In this document: positions 38,479-48,310 of the stretch, piece after piece
How the letters are laid out: each line of letters begins with the position of its first letter
Numbering within the stretch: position 1 is the stretch's first letter
Virus record (IMG/VR): IMGVR_UViG_3300023180_000018
Origin: a virus
DNA: 64,000 nucleotides
Strand: one strand, 5' to 3'
Notes under the pieces: model-generated
The model's database searches: none
Seen by the model: the letters and a program-made list of their open reading frames with translations, nothing else
What the model was told of the DNA's origin: nothing
Translations under genes and position numbers: made by a program

Positions 38479-39482
38479 ATTTTTTTCCATGATGTGTATT
38501 TAATATTTGCTTGTAGATTATTACTTATATTATTTCTAAGAAGTTCATTAACATTAATATCTTCCAATACCATATCATTGATATCTTTTTCTTTTATTAT
38601 ATCAGGAAAGATCACTACTTGACACCCTTTATCCATAACTTTTCGAATTTTTTTACATGTTTCAATGCTTCTTGGTTCATTATCATAAACAAATATAGAC
38701 TGTTCATTAACGTAATTCCAATCAATAGATCCACCAGCCATTGCTATTGAATTATCAATAAACATAGAATCGATTGGACCTTCTAAAATAAAATGTGGTT
38801 TAGAACGATCACATGTATCTAGTCCAAATATTTTAGGCTTTTCATCATTTAACATAATAGTAATATATCTTATTTCATCATCAGAAAAAGCTCTACCTTG
38901 GAAACCAAATAGATTTTTATTTTCATCTAAGAATGGTATAATAAGTCGCGGTGTATCATTTTCTATACTTTTAAATTTACCGGGTATAATATCATTTACC
39001 CATTTTTTAAATTTTGGCGCATAGAAAAGTTTCGCTTGATAAGGCGTGGGAATTTTACGTGCGTTAACGTAGTTTTTTACGGGGTGATCCCAACGTAATT
39101 GAGATACTTTTTTGAGTTGTTTAAGTGGAGTTGCTTTAATGAAAACGGGAGTCTTCATTTTATTTGCGAATACTTCTACGTCTGAAAGTACTCTTTGTTT
39201 TTTTCCAAATCCGTTCTGTAATTTTTCTTTTAAATATTCTTTATGAATAACCGGATCTAGAGTTTCTAAAAACTTATCAACTCCAAGAGTAATATTACAA
39301 TTGTGGCAGTGATACAAATATCCACCATCGTCTTTTGGAAAGAGATATCCTCGAGCTTTGAATTTATTTTTTTGAGAATCTACACAGATCGGACACCTGC
39401 AATTAAATAATCTATTATTAACTCGTTTGAATCTTTCTAAACGAGAACTAATTAAACCAATGTATTTTTCTTCAAGCCACAT
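38475..39482 (-). CDS. gp61: DNA primase gp61
   Basis: Zn finger CPIC..YHCHNC, RLIIPF..GFQGR, EGPIDSMF, DNEPR, KDINDM. Confidence 0.95.
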   Translation of the reverse strand: MWLEEKYIGLISSRLERFKRVNNRLFNCRCPICVDSQKNKFKARGYLFPKDDGGYLYHCHNCNITLGVDKFLETLDPVIHKEYLKEKLQNGFGKKQRVLSDVEVFANKMKTPVFIKATPLKQLKKVSQLRWDHPVKNYVNARKIPTPYQAKLFYAPKFKKWVNDIIPGKFKSIENDTPRLIIPFLDENKNLFGFQGRAFSDDEIRYITIMLNDEKPKIFGLDTCDRSKPHFILEGPIDSMFIDNSIAMAGGSIDWNYVNEQSIFVYDNEPRSIETCKKIRKVMDKGCQVVIFPDIIKEKDINDMVLEDINVNELLRNNISNNLQANIKYTSWKKI

Positions 39483-39517
39483 AATATATTAGATACTACT
39501 TTCAATGAACTCAGTTC

Positions 39518-39546
39518 TATTATACGCAAGTAAGCGAAAATGTCAA
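39518..39546 (-). promoter_or_regulatory. sigma70-type promoter upstream of primase
   Basis: TTGACA-TTTTCGCTTACTTGCG-TATAAT on the - strand. Confidence 0.7.
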
Positions 39547-39830
39547 CCCATTTGTTGTAGAAAATGTGAAAGAATTAAAGTTACTCCCGTAGCAATAAGA
39601 AACCACATAACTTTATTAACAACTTTCATTTGTTCTTCAACACGATACATAGAATCTTTTACATCATCTATATTACGTGATAAACGATTCACTCTTTCGT
39701 GTGTTTCTACTCTTCGTTGTTCTAAATCCGCGATTTTTTCTTCTACACGGGCTAAAGTAACAATTGCGTCAGAAAGTTTATCTAGCTTAGATTCAATACG
39801 ATCTAAACGTGTAGAATTTGTATCAACCAT
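39543..39830 (-). CDS. Coiled-coil protein with C-terminal TM helix (holin/XhlA-like candidate)
   Basis: Heptad repeats plus one C-terminal TM; directly after the spanins. Confidence 0.5.
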   Translation of the reverse strand: MVDTNSTRLDRIESKLDKLSDAIVTLARVEEKIADLEQRRVETHERVNRLSRNIDDVKDSMYRVEEQMKVVNKVMWFLIATGVTLILSHFLQQMG

Positions 39831-39838
39831 GTGAGATC

Positions 39839-40276
39839 CTAATTGTTCGGATTATTTTCTAACCACTCTTCAGCAGTGGTTCCTTCAGATTCTGTTGTTG
39901 CTTCACGATAATAGAGAATCAGTTCTTTCTGTTGTCTCACATAACGTCGAACTTCTTGAAAGTTCTCTGCCATTTTTTCATACCCATCAGGAGTCAACGC
40001 AAATACTACAAAGTTACCATCGAGAATTTTTTCGATCTCTTTTTTCTTCTCTTCATAATTTTCTTCTGTAATTACAAAAAAATTAACATTGAGAAGATCA
40101 ATCTCAGCCGGCAACGGCGGTTGATAAATTCTCAGCGGCACTTTTTCCGTCACTGTTACGATCTGTGGTTCCGGTTGGATTATCTCCGGTTTCGGTCCCC
40201 ACTCCAGTCTGGGCATTAGGTTGCACCCCGTCAATAGGAGGGGTATCGTCAGCATCCATAAGTTCTTTTGTATCAT
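39839..40276 (-). CDS. o-spanin (Rz1-like outer-membrane lipoprotein)
   Basis: Lipobox LLTG-C, Pro-rich segment, C-terminal helix; overlaps the 3' end of the i-spanin in another frame. Confidence 0.8.
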   Translation of the reverse strand: MIQKNLWMLTIPLLLTGCNLMPRLEWGPKPEIIQPEPQIVTVTEKVPLRIYQPPLPAEIDLLNVNFFVITEENYEEKKKEIEKILDGNFVVFALTPDGYEKMAENFQEVRRYVRQQKELILYYREATTESEGTTAEEWLENNPNN

Positions 40277-40652
40277 CTTCTAGCATCCTAAAAACTTGTT
40301 CTGTTTTTGCATTCATTCGTTTTTCAATCATACCAGGTTTAGCTCTTGCTAATCTTGTCAAATTGTGATCTTTAAAGATCTTCATCGCGTTGTCTTTTTC
40401 TCGCTGTAACTCATTATTCCTTGCGGTGAGTGCAGACATTGCCGCCTCTGATTTCTTTGCGTTTGCTTCCGCAGCAGCAAGTGACTCTTGAGCAGTTTTC
40501 ACTGCCATTTCCATCTGCACCTGATTTTCTTTCAGAGTGCGGTTGTTTGCCTCTAGTTGTGCTTTTGCTGCCTCTAAGTTAGAGACGGTAACCGAATGAT
40601 AAGCATATCCACCACCCAATAAAAGAAGACACAATAATATAACATATGGCAT
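40104..40652 (-). CDS. i-spanin (Rz-like)
   Basis: N-terminal TM followed by a long coiled coil. Confidence 0.8.
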   Translation of the reverse strand: MPYVILLCLLLLGGGYAYHSVTVSNLEAAKAQLEANNRTLKENQVQMEMAVKTAQESLAAAEANAKKSEAAMSALTARNNELQREKDNAMKIFKDHNLTRLARAKPGMIEKRMNAKTEQVFRMLEDDTKELMDADDTPPIDGVQPNAQTGVGTETGDNPTGTTDRNSDGKSAAENLSTAVAG

Positions 40653-41116
40653 TATACTTTAACCTTTTTTCTTCTCATAATTTTTGGTTTCTTTTTAACT
40701 GGTGGATCTTCTCCTGGAATTATTCCCGAAATAGCTCCTCCACCTACATTATTTACGGGAACTTCTTCTATTAATGTTTTAGCTTCCACCATATAATGCT
40801 CAATACATTCTTCTAAATATTCTAAATCATCTGGATCTAAATTCTTTTCTTTGAGTAATAATAATGCAGCGGCAAAAGATGCAATTCGTGTTTTACCGCC
40901 TGGTATTTTTCCTAATAATTTTTTTAGATTTGCTAGTAACTTATCGTAGTAACCCCAAGTTTTTTCTTGCGCTGGAGTACGACTTGCTTTATTTAAAATT
41001 ACCTTACCATCTTTATCAATAACACCTGCTTTATATGCATCCCACTTCTCAAAAGGTGTTACAAGTCTTCGTAAAAACTCGTAAATTAAATAAATGTCTA
41101 AAACACCTTTTGCCAT
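40652..41116 (-). CDS. Conserved T4-like hypothetical (virion-associated candidate)
   Basis: FLRRLVTPFEKWDAYKAGVIDKDG..IASFAAALLLLKE..LIEE/VPVNNVGGG. Confidence 0.7.
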   Translation of the reverse strand: MAKGVLDIYLIYEFLRRLVTPFEKWDAYKAGVIDKDGKVILNKASRTPAQEKTWGYYDKLLANLKKLLGKIPGGKTRIASFAAALLLLKEKNLDPDDLEYLEECIEHYMVEAKTLIEEVPVNNVGGGAISGIIPGEDPPVKKKPKIMRRKKVKV

Positions 41117-41508
41117 TATAGTTCTCTTAAAATTTTAACAACATTTAGATCTATTGGTATAGAACTAGTCACTATTATTCTATCTTCGTATTCAATATCG
41201 TATAAAGCTGCAGGCATATAATTTAAAAATAATAAAAACGATTTCAATATATACCAATGTTTTTCTTCCACCTTATAGAATAACATTCTAGTATTAGCTT
41301 TATGTTCAAATACATTATACAAAGTAATTAAATGATTTAATATCAATCTTTCTTTTAATTCTTTTTTATCATGATATCTTGAAAACAATCTTTTTATATA
41401 TTTAAATCTTTGTAAATCCTCGTCAAATTCTTGCATATCATAGCACTGCAAATTTATATAATTCGCAGATGCATATAATAAAAAATTGTTCTCATTCAAT
41501 ACTCTCAT
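41116..41508 (-). CDS. Conserved T4-like hypothetical protein
   Basis: FDEDLQRFKYIKRL..LKERLILNHLI..NVF. Confidence 0.75.
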   Translation of the reverse strand: MRVLNENNFLLYASANYINLQCYDMQEFDEDLQRFKYIKRLFSRYHDKKELKERLILNHLITLYNVFEHKANTRMLFYKVEEKHWYILKSFLLFLNYMPAALYDIEYEDRIIVTSSIPIDLNVVKILREL

Positions 41509-41519
41509 AGCAATACCAA

Positions 41520-41539
41520 GGGGCTATTTAAATAGCCCC
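41520..41539. terminator. Perfect 20-bp palindrome GGGGCTATTTAAATAGCCCC (terminator or processing hairpin)
   Basis: Intergenic inverted repeat; U-tail weak. Confidence 0.45.
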
Positions 41540-41551
41540 CTTTAAACTCAA

Positions 41552-42220
41552 TTAAGCTGTAACAGTAAGTGTTGCGTTATCAGATACAACTGTTTGTGTT
41601 GTACCTGAACCAGAAACTGTTACACGAACAATTGTTTGGTCAGCAATCGTATTAGCATCTGCTGTTAATGTATTTGTACCTTGACCCGAGAATCCTGATA
41701 CACCATCTGCAGTAGCAAATGTTCCAGTATCTCCTGGCGTAGTAGTATATTCCCAAGCATATGAAAGAGTATTTTCAAATCCAGTAGGAGCTGTAGCAGC
41801 AACTAAAGCAAAGTTAATTTGCTCATTACCACTTGCAGAACCGGACGCATCAATAAATTGACCAGTAATACTGATGAAATAATCAGGTACAACTGCATCA
41901 TCAGCACCATCACCTTGCATTGCATTGTGTGAAAATGCAACTAATGTTTCATAATGAACTCGTCCTGCACGACCACCAGTACCTTCTGTACGTAAAGCCC
42001 AACCCGGTGAAGCTGGTCTTGATGAGCCACTAGCGCGTAACGCTTTAATTTCGTTTCTATCAACGCCATATTGTCCAACTGTTACGCCTGCTTGATATGC
42101 ATCAGCAGTAGTATTGCCATAAAGAGCATTACGCTCTGAAGCAGATACTGGCTTACTAACTTGCATAGTAGCAAACACTGCTGAATTAGACGCAGCGTCA
42201 GAATTTCCCCATTGAGCCAT
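41552..42220 (-). CDS. Virion structural protein with C-terminal Ig-like domain
   Basis: MAQWG..GWALRT..GRAGRVHYETLVA; C-terminal LSYAWE..TLT..VVSDNATLTV. Confidence 0.6.
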   Translation of the reverse strand: MAQWGNSDAASNSAVFATMQVSKPVSASERNALYGNTTADAYQAGVTVGQYGVDRNEIKALRASGSSRPASPGWALRTEGTGGRAGRVHYETLVAFSHNAMQGDGADDAVVPDYFISITGQFIDASGSASGNEQINFALVAATAPTGFENTLSYAWEYTTTPGDTGTFATADGVSGFSGQGTNTLTADANTIADQTIVRVTVSGSGTTQTVVSDNATLTVTA

Positions 42221-42221
42221 T

Positions 42222-42545
42222 TTAGTTTTCCTCTTCTATGATTAACATATCTAAAAGATATTTAGATTTTTTACTTATTAATTTTATTTGACCTTTATGG
42301 ACTAAATACGTTTCGTTCGGATTTAATCTAGAAAAGTCAACGTTATATTCTTTATTTATTAATTCTTCCGACCCAGTTCTAATTTCTTTTACAACTTCAT
42401 TGACAATTTCAATAACGGGTCTAGGCCTATCAGGTCTAGCCCATTCACCAACATCAGTTCTTTCAATATGACTTGCAGCTCGAGCATCTTTCCAGCCTCT
42501 TACTGCAGCTCTTCTTTCATCATTTGTATTTCTAATAATAGGCAT
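42222..42545 (-). CDS. Hypothetical protein
   Basis: ORF coupled to neighbours. Confidence 0.55.
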   Translation of the reverse strand: MPIIRNTNDERRAAVRGWKDARAASHIERTDVGEWARPDRPRPVIEIVNEVVKEIRTGSEELINKEYNVDFSRLNPNETYLVHKGQIKLISKKSKYLLDMLIIEEEN

Positions 42546-44680
42546 TATTTTTTCTTCTTAGAAGGTTCACTTCCGCATGAAGCTTCGTCTTGCATTTCTT
42601 TTTTAGCAATTGATTTACGACGCTTATGTAAAAATCGATCTGATTCATCTTCATCACCATCATTGTCAACATCTTTATCTTTACGATTTTTAAATTTTTT
42701 CAATGCTTGTGATTTATCTACTAGGTCAGTATCTTCATATTTTGCTTTTTTCTTAGAAGACATATACTTTTCTACTACTGAAGTATAATCTTTTTCTTGA
42801 GCTTGAACATTATTTTCTTTTAGCATAGAAATAAACATTTCTATTGATTCTTCTTCAAAATAAGAATCTAAAATACTACGTAAAACTTCTTCTGGTACAC
42901 AATTTGGCACTTCTTTTCCTCCTTTCTTTTTTGTACCTACCATTTCATAACCTTTCCAGCATGGATCTTTTCCTTTCATTTTTTTATTTCCTTCTTCAAC
43001 GCCAGTAGGTTTAACGCCAGGCTTCTTTTTATTTCCTAATCTTTGTTTTTCTCTTTCGGCCTGAGCCTTTTCAGTCTCGGTACGATTATCACGATATGTC
43101 TGTTCTTTTTGATAATGATGTTGTTTGTTTTTATTTCTATAATCAGCTACAGCATTACGAGCACCTTTATCATTTGTTCTCATGCTAGGATGTCCAAAAT
43201 ACGCGCGGTGATATGCATCTGCTTCTCCTTTTGCGTGTTCTTTCTTCTTATATGCCTGAGATCCAAGATATGTTGTTTTACCATTTTTATCTTTTAAATG
43301 CGCGCGGTGGCCTCCAAATTGAGATTTTTCACTACTCGACGTATAACCTTGACCGTGAGCGTGTTTAATCCTTTGCAAACCACCCTCTTCTTTAAGTCCT
43401 GATTTCTTCCATGTATCAGCTGCTTGTTTTACTGCTGCTATTCCACCTTTTGCTAATCTAATTCTTAATAATCTTTTACCTGCAGGAGGAAGTCTATCAT
43501 GTAATTTCAAAGCATCAGCAGCATCTTTTTCTGATACTCTTCCAGTTTTACCCATATGAAATTCTACATCCATATTACCTTTAACATCTACTGCTTTACG
43601 TAATTGCATAATAATATTTTTATCTGCTTTATCGTATGAACCACGTGCATTTTTAGAAGGCGTAGGCTTTGCGGGAGATTTTTTCTTATCAACTACCATA
43701 CCCAATTCTTGCTTAAGTGCGTCTAATCTTTTTTGCGCTTGAGGATTAGATTTTGCTCGCTTTTCTAAATTTTTTAATTTAATTTTTTGAGCAGGAGTAA
43801 TATCTTCTTTTTGTACATAAAGCTTTTTCGCCGCGGCTCGCATTGCTTCACGTTGAGATTTATATTTGCCCAGGCTTTGTCCGTCGACACTTACGCTATA
43901 ATGTCCAGTGTCGGGGTAATGCTTTACTGCAACTTTTTTACCACGCATATTATATGTATTACTATTATCTCTAAGTTCATCTAACGCTTCTTCTTCTTTC
44001 GCAAGACGATTTCTCACATTACCAAATGATTTATTTTGTGAAGCAGACTTTTGTCGTTTTTGAAGTCTTTTATCTTTTGCTGAAGCAACTGATAAAGAAC
44101 TTGGACTATAATCCTTCATTTTATTTCCAAAAGCTACTTTTACGAAGTCTTTACCTACTGTCATAACTCGACCTTTTTTGCCATCTTTAGTCATTACTGT
44201 AGATCCTTCAGGAAATCTTCCTGAATTTTGTGCGATATTTTTTCTTAAAGACTCTTCCATTTCATCTCCAGCTAAATTTTCTTTTCCTGAGATTCTATTA
44301 CGTAATGCTGCTCTTATTTTAGCATCATTAGTTCTATCAACACCTTTTAATAAAGATGCTTTCTTAATTAATTTACGCATTTTAATTTTAACATCTGATG
44401 CAGTGTCTGCATCCATATAAAAACGTGGAAATCCATCGATGTCTACGCTAAATTTTGCTTCAAAAATTTTCATAGTTTGTTCTGGGCCTAAATGCTTAGC
44501 GAAAGACATTGCAACATCATCATTTTTCTTAAGAACTTTAATTTCAGCTTTCCCTGGCATTTGACCTTTTTGTAATTTATCAACAACTCTACGTACTTTA
44601 ACATCAGTACGTGCTAAAGATTCTAATTCTTTAGCAATCTTTTTTAATTTATTTTTATCTAATGCTTCTTCTATTTTCAT
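42545..44680 (-). CDS. Large Lys-rich modular protein, probable capsid-internal polyprotein
   Basis: Basic modules separated by acidic xxE/EE junctions; EF-hand-like DVDNDGDED; PCWKGY..VPNCVP module. Confidence 0.6.
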   Translation of the reverse strand: MKIEEALDKNKLKKIAKELESLARTDVKVRRVVDKLQKGQMPGKAEIKVLKKNDDVAMSFAKHLGPEQTMKIFEAKFSVDIDGFPRFYMDADTASDVKIKMRKLIKKASLLKGVDRTNDAKIRAALRNRISGKENLAGDEMEESLRKNIAQNSGRFPEGSTVMTKDGKKGRVMTVGKDFVKVAFGNKMKDYSPSSLSVASAKDKRLQKRQKSASQNKSFGNVRNRLAKEEEALDELRDNSNTYNMRGKKVAVKHYPDTGHYSVSVDGQSLGKYKSQREAMRAAAKKLYVQKEDITPAQKIKLKNLEKRAKSNPQAQKRLDALKQELGMVVDKKKSPAKPTPSKNARGSYDKADKNIIMQLRKAVDVKGNMDVEFHMGKTGRVSEKDAADALKLHDRLPPAGKRLLRIRLAKGGIAAVKQAADTWKKSGLKEEGGLQRIKHAHGQGYTSSSEKSQFGGHRAHLKDKNGKTTYLGSQAYKKKEHAKGEADAYHRAYFGHPSMRTNDKGARNAVADYRNKNKQHHYQKEQTYRDNRTETEKAQAEREKQRLGNKKKPGVKPTGVEEGNKKMKGKDPCWKGYEMVGTKKKGGKEVPNCVPEEVLRSILDSYFEEESIEMFISMLKENNVQAQEKDYTSVVEKYMSSKKKAKYEDTDLVDKSQALKKFKNRKDKDVDNDGDEDESDRFLHKRRKSIAKKEMQDEASCGSEPSKKKK

Positions 44681-45219
44681 TTTAATGGTCTTTTAGTTTT
44701 TTTAAGGAGGATACTAAATCCTTCTTTGTGTTGTTGAAATTTCATCCTCATAAACTTTACCGGATAATTTTCTAATTTTCTTAACCACCACCAATATGGT
44801 CTAACCGTAACATGAGCATTTTTTCCATTCTCTAATATAAGTTTTGCTGGAACACAACTAATACCTAAAAGTAAATACCCGTTGAGTTTAACTTTACTCA
44901 TTAATTGTGTTAAAAACAAATTTAAATACTCAAGTTCAATATGTTCTAAAACATCAAAACACATTACAAAATTTTGTGGTTCTGGTTCAACATTAAATCT
45001 TTCTACATGTGGATCGTATCCAATCCAAGGAATATCTAATCTTCTCTCTAACGCTCCTTTACCACAACCATAATCTAAAACTGTATCACGATAGTGAAGA
45101 TCATTAAGAGTTACGTAAAGATCTCGTATATAAGATTTAGGACCATTTCCCCATCCCGGTTTATTTTTATGTGTATTTTTTAATACTTCTCCGTATTCAT
45201 CACTCCATGTCTGTTGCAT
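44677..45219 (-). CDS. SAM-dependent methyltransferase
   Basis: VLDYGCGKG, YDP, CFDVLEHI, NAHVTV..WW. Confidence 0.85.
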   Translation of the reverse strand: MQQTWSDEYGEVLKNTHKNKPGWGNGPKSYIRDLYVTLNDLHYRDTVLDYGCGKGALERRLDIPWIGYDPHVERFNVEPEPQNFVMCFDVLEHIELEYLNLFLTQLMSKVKLNGYLLLGISCVPAKLILENGKNAHVTVRPYWWWLRKLENYPVKFMRMKFQQHKEGFSILLKKTKRPLK

Positions 45220-45454
45220 TTTCTTCTTCCTCAGAAGAAGTTTCTACTTCGGCGTCACTGATAACATCTTGTACTTCTGCAGAAACTTCTTGGCCTAAAT
45301 CTTCTGATTCTACTGGCGCGGGAATTTCTGCTGATGGAATTTCAATTCCATATTTTTGCATTAAGCCTGCCGAATACAAATCATTTTGCTTCGATAAAAC
45401 ATCGTTAATTGCACTTACTAATCCTTTAGGATAATCTTTCAATGGATCACTCAT
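45200..45454 (-). CDS. Acidic hypothetical protein
   Basis: ORF in late operon. Confidence 0.55.
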   Translation of the reverse strand: MSDPLKDYPKGLVSAINDVLSKQNDLYSAGLMQKYGIEIPSAEIPAPVESEDLGQEVSAEVQDVISDAEVETSSEEEENATDME

Positions 45455-45456
45455 AA

Positions 45457-45894
45457 TTATTTCACCTGTGTTGTTTTGTTTTTAGTTTGAGCGTCTTGTA
45501 ATCGTGCTGAATCCAACATACGATCGTGTCGACGCTTATCATTTTTTAGTTCACGAGAAATTCGAACTTTAGCTCTTTTTTCTGCTTCCCCTTCATTCAT
45601 TACTGCCTCACCATAAAAAGCAGACTTCACTGCTCTATGAACCAACATCTTAGCTTTCTTTTCATCGGCACTATGAGACTTCATTACCATTTGAATAGCC
45701 TGATCCATATTCTGAGCAGAACCAATTACTCTAAGAATTTTTTCATTTTGGGCAGATCTTTTCTTACCTTCATTTATTTTAGATTTTTTCTTTTTATCAG
45801 GATGTCCTTTTCCACCATCTGCTTTCGCAGCATGGACAGCTTTTCTTTGGGCATCTGATACATAACCTTCTACAAATTCGTTAAAAGTTTTCAT
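45457..45894 (-). CDS. Probable internal head protein
   Basis: N-terminus MKTFNEFVE resembles the T4 internal-protein capsid-targeting sequence; basic. Confidence 0.6.
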   Translation of the reverse strand: MKTFNEFVEGYVSDAQRKAVHAAKADGGKGHPDKKKKSKINEGKKRSAQNEKILRVIGSAQNMDQAIQMVMKSHSADEKKAKMLVHRAVKSAFYGEAVMNEGEAEKRAKVRISRELKNDKRRHDRMLDSARLQDAQTKNKTTQVK

Positions 45895-47444
45895 TAGTTA
45901 CAATTCCATCTCTTTAGTGACATAGCCTTACGTGTCGGCCTACCCTTTTCATCTTTCATAGGTCCTTCCATACCACTCATACGGGCACAAAAAGACTTAC
46001 GCCTTTTAGCCGCTTTACTACCAGCTTTTAATTTACTTGGCTTGGTAGTTACAGCGGTTTGCAATTTACTACCAGGATTTTTTCTACGATAAGCATCTAC
46101 GCCTTTCTTCGTTAAACCAGCACCGTCTTCAGTAGGTCTCTTGTGACCCTTTGAATCATCTCCTCTTTTATTTGGCTTATCATCTTCACTAATAGCTAAT
46201 TCATAATTCAGATTATTGAAAGCGTATTGTTCTTCGTCTAAATGCGTATTCGTAGGATCCCATTCTTTTTTATAATTAATATAGATGTCTCTGATATCTT
46301 CATATGCAATGTTATACTTATCAGCTTTTTTACGAAGATTTTTTTCTACATTTTGACTAATAGTTTTAATGTGTAATTCATTTACCATCGACATTAAAGC
46401 ATCATAATCTAAACTTTCTTTTTTAGGACCATCAGTTACTCTAGAAACTTTTCCTTTACCACCTTTAGCTTTACGTAATCTTTCTACTTCTGCTTTACGA
46501 ACTTTTGGTAATAATCTTTTTGCTAGTCTTCCAATCAATGCTTTTTTCTTTTCAACCTTTTTGTCTACTTCTATCCTTGCACTGATTGGTAAGTTTTTAT
46601 AATTAGCACCACGAGAGCCTGCTAGTTTAGCTCTTAAAATATCTCGTGCTTTTCTTCTTGATCTAGTTTGTAGTTTTTCGGGGCGGGCCATGCGAGTTTT
46701 CGCAATACGTCGACCGCGCTTAATTTTGCCGGCAATACGACGCATAATAATTTTTTTCTTCATTCTTTGCTGCAATGTTAAAGTTTCATCTAAAGATAAT
46801 TCTTCAGAAATACCCATTGCTGATCTAATCTTATTATACATTTCTTTTGATTCTTGATTTGACATTTTCCTAGGTAATCCTTTCTTATACTCAGAGAATT
46901 GACCAGAGACAGCTAATTGTCTAAGCTTAGACGCTGACATACCTGATACATCATCTGCATCAGGATCTCGTTCTCCAGCTGAAACAACCTTAATAGACTT
47001 AAATTTAAAATCTTTATTATTATATTTATTTACAATTCTGGTAAACTCTGTAACTCTATCGCTTCCAACAACAATAGTAACATTATCAAAAGTGTTTTGT
47101 ATTTCTTTTAAAACGTCAAATATTGTTTTAGAATTAGAACGCTTTACAATATCACCAAAAGCTTTTTGTGTATATTTAAGCTTATCGTTATATGATAAAG
47201 GATTCTTTTTCTTATCTTGAGAATGGGATAGATATAAATGAGGTTGCGCTTTCTTTGAACGCGCTATTGATGTTATCTTATCAACTAATTTTTGATGTCC
47301 AATTGTAGGAGGATTCATTCTTCCAAACGAAAGGACTACGGCAGACCCGATTTCTTCGGATATCAACGAAGTGTCGGTTTTGACATCTGTGATGGTACGC
47401 CCTTGACCATCAGTTTGAGGAGTAATTATCTTTTTTTCTTTCAT
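45894..47444 (-). CDS. HIGH-superfamily nucleotidyltransferase (cytidylyltransferase-like) with basic C-terminal modules
   Basis: FGRMNPPTIGH, KKNPL, VVGSDRV, SAGERDPD, MSASKLR. Confidence 0.85.
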   Translation of the reverse strand: MKEKKIITPQTDGQGRTITDVKTDTSLISEEIGSAVVLSFGRMNPPTIGHQKLVDKITSIARSKKAQPHLYLSHSQDKKKNPLSYNDKLKYTQKAFGDIVKRSNSKTIFDVLKEIQNTFDNVTIVVGSDRVTEFTRIVNKYNNKDFKFKSIKVVSAGERDPDADDVSGMSASKLRQLAVSGQFSEYKKGLPRKMSNQESKEMYNKIRSAMGISEELSLDETLTLQQRMKKKIIMRRIAGKIKRGRRIAKTRMARPEKLQTRSRRKARDILRAKLAGSRGANYKNLPISARIEVDKKVEKKKALIGRLAKRLLPKVRKAEVERLRKAKGGKGKVSRVTDGPKKESLDYDALMSMVNELHIKTISQNVEKNLRKKADKYNIAYEDIRDIYINYKKEWDPTNTHLDEEQYAFNNLNYELAISEDDKPNKRGDDSKGHKRPTEDGAGLTKKGVDAYRRKNPGSKLQTAVTTKPSKLKAGSKAAKRRKSFCARMSGMEGPMKDEKGRPTRKAMSLKRWNCN

Positions 47445-47445
47445 A

Positions 47446-47509
47446 GTTTCCGGAGATTGCCTTAGCCTTATCCAAACAAATACAGGTCTGCCATAGCCTA
47501 AACTGTATT
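47446..47509 (-). promoter_or_regulatory. Tandem RNA hairpins with shared AGGCUAWGGCA core in the 5' leader of the nucleotidyltransferase gene
   Basis: Cores at 47489-47499 and 47458-47468, each closed by a different complementary stem. Confidence 0.55.
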
Positions 47510-47519
47510 AAAGTATTTA

Positions 47520-48299
47520 TCAAATTTTGTATTTTAAGAATTCATCATAATCGGTTATTAAGTTATAACCAATAAGTTCTTTTATAAAATGTGGATTTAA
47601 AATAGAATTTATTTTTTCTATAACATGCCAATCTAATTTAATTTTAAAGTTAGCATAATAATCTCTTCTTTCTTGAGTAAAATCATTTGATTGACTTACT
47701 TTACCAGGTATGCTAATTTCGTCCATTGGTCTTTCGTAACGTACACCCCAATGCGGCAATGCTTTTGACAAAAAACTATGCGCGCCATATTTCGTATTAG
47801 TAATTATATCTTCGTATTTAAATGTTTGTATGTTTTTACGTTGCGAAAATTCCCACCACCATATAGTGTGTTCTTGCCATAATCTAATAGCTTCCGCTAT
47901 GTTAATATCATTTCTCGAAAATAAATTCCATTCATCTTGGTTTTGTCTATTTTTCCTAGTGACTCTAGGATATGTTTTTTTGATATCGACTTGCTTATCA
48001 GTTATACTATAAGCCCAAGCATAAGGATGCTTAACTAGATGTAATACTTTTAATTCACCACTATCTATTTTATCTACTAACTTTTGGAAACTAAAATCTA
48101 CGTTACTGGGATTGGGTCCAGGTATTCCATTTGGACTATCTAATGCCCAAGCGTGTTTCCAAAATCCACCATTTCTATATGTATTTCTACAATTGCCATT
48201 ATAACCGCCAGTTAAGTTTTGCTTAATTAATGCTTCAACAAAATTAGTACCACTTCGTTGAATGCCTGCAACGACAAACGCAACTTCTTCTTTTGCCAT
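47520..48299 (-). CDS. Sulfotransferase-family protein
   Basis: PAPS-loop-like GIQRSGTNF, VKHPYAW, FKYEDI; start MAKEEV at 48299 preferred. Confidence 0.7.
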   Translation of the reverse strand: MAKEEVAFVVAGIQRSGTNFVEALIKQNLTGGYNGNCRNTYRNGGFWKHAWALDSPNGIPGPNPSNVDFSFQKLVDKIDSGELKVLHLVKHPYAWAYSITDKQVDIKKTYPRVTRKNRQNQDEWNLFSRNDINIAEAIRLWQEHTIWWWEFSQRKNIQTFKYEDIITNTKYGAHSFLSKALPHWGVRYERPMDEISIPGKVSQSNDFTQERRDYYANFKIKLDWHVIEKINSILNPHFIKELIGYNLITDYDEFLKYKI

Positions 48300-48310
48300 T
48301 CTATTCCCTA

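Noticed and set aside
39375-39400. Primase zinc finger reads CPICVDS rather than the usual CPICGDS
   Set aside because: Single substitution; all metal ligands remain; may be polymorphism or sequencing error
39505-39834. 109-aa + strand ORF and the many other short antisense ORFs in the track
   Set aside because: Shadow frames of well-supported opposite-strand genes, with no RBS or recognisable motifs
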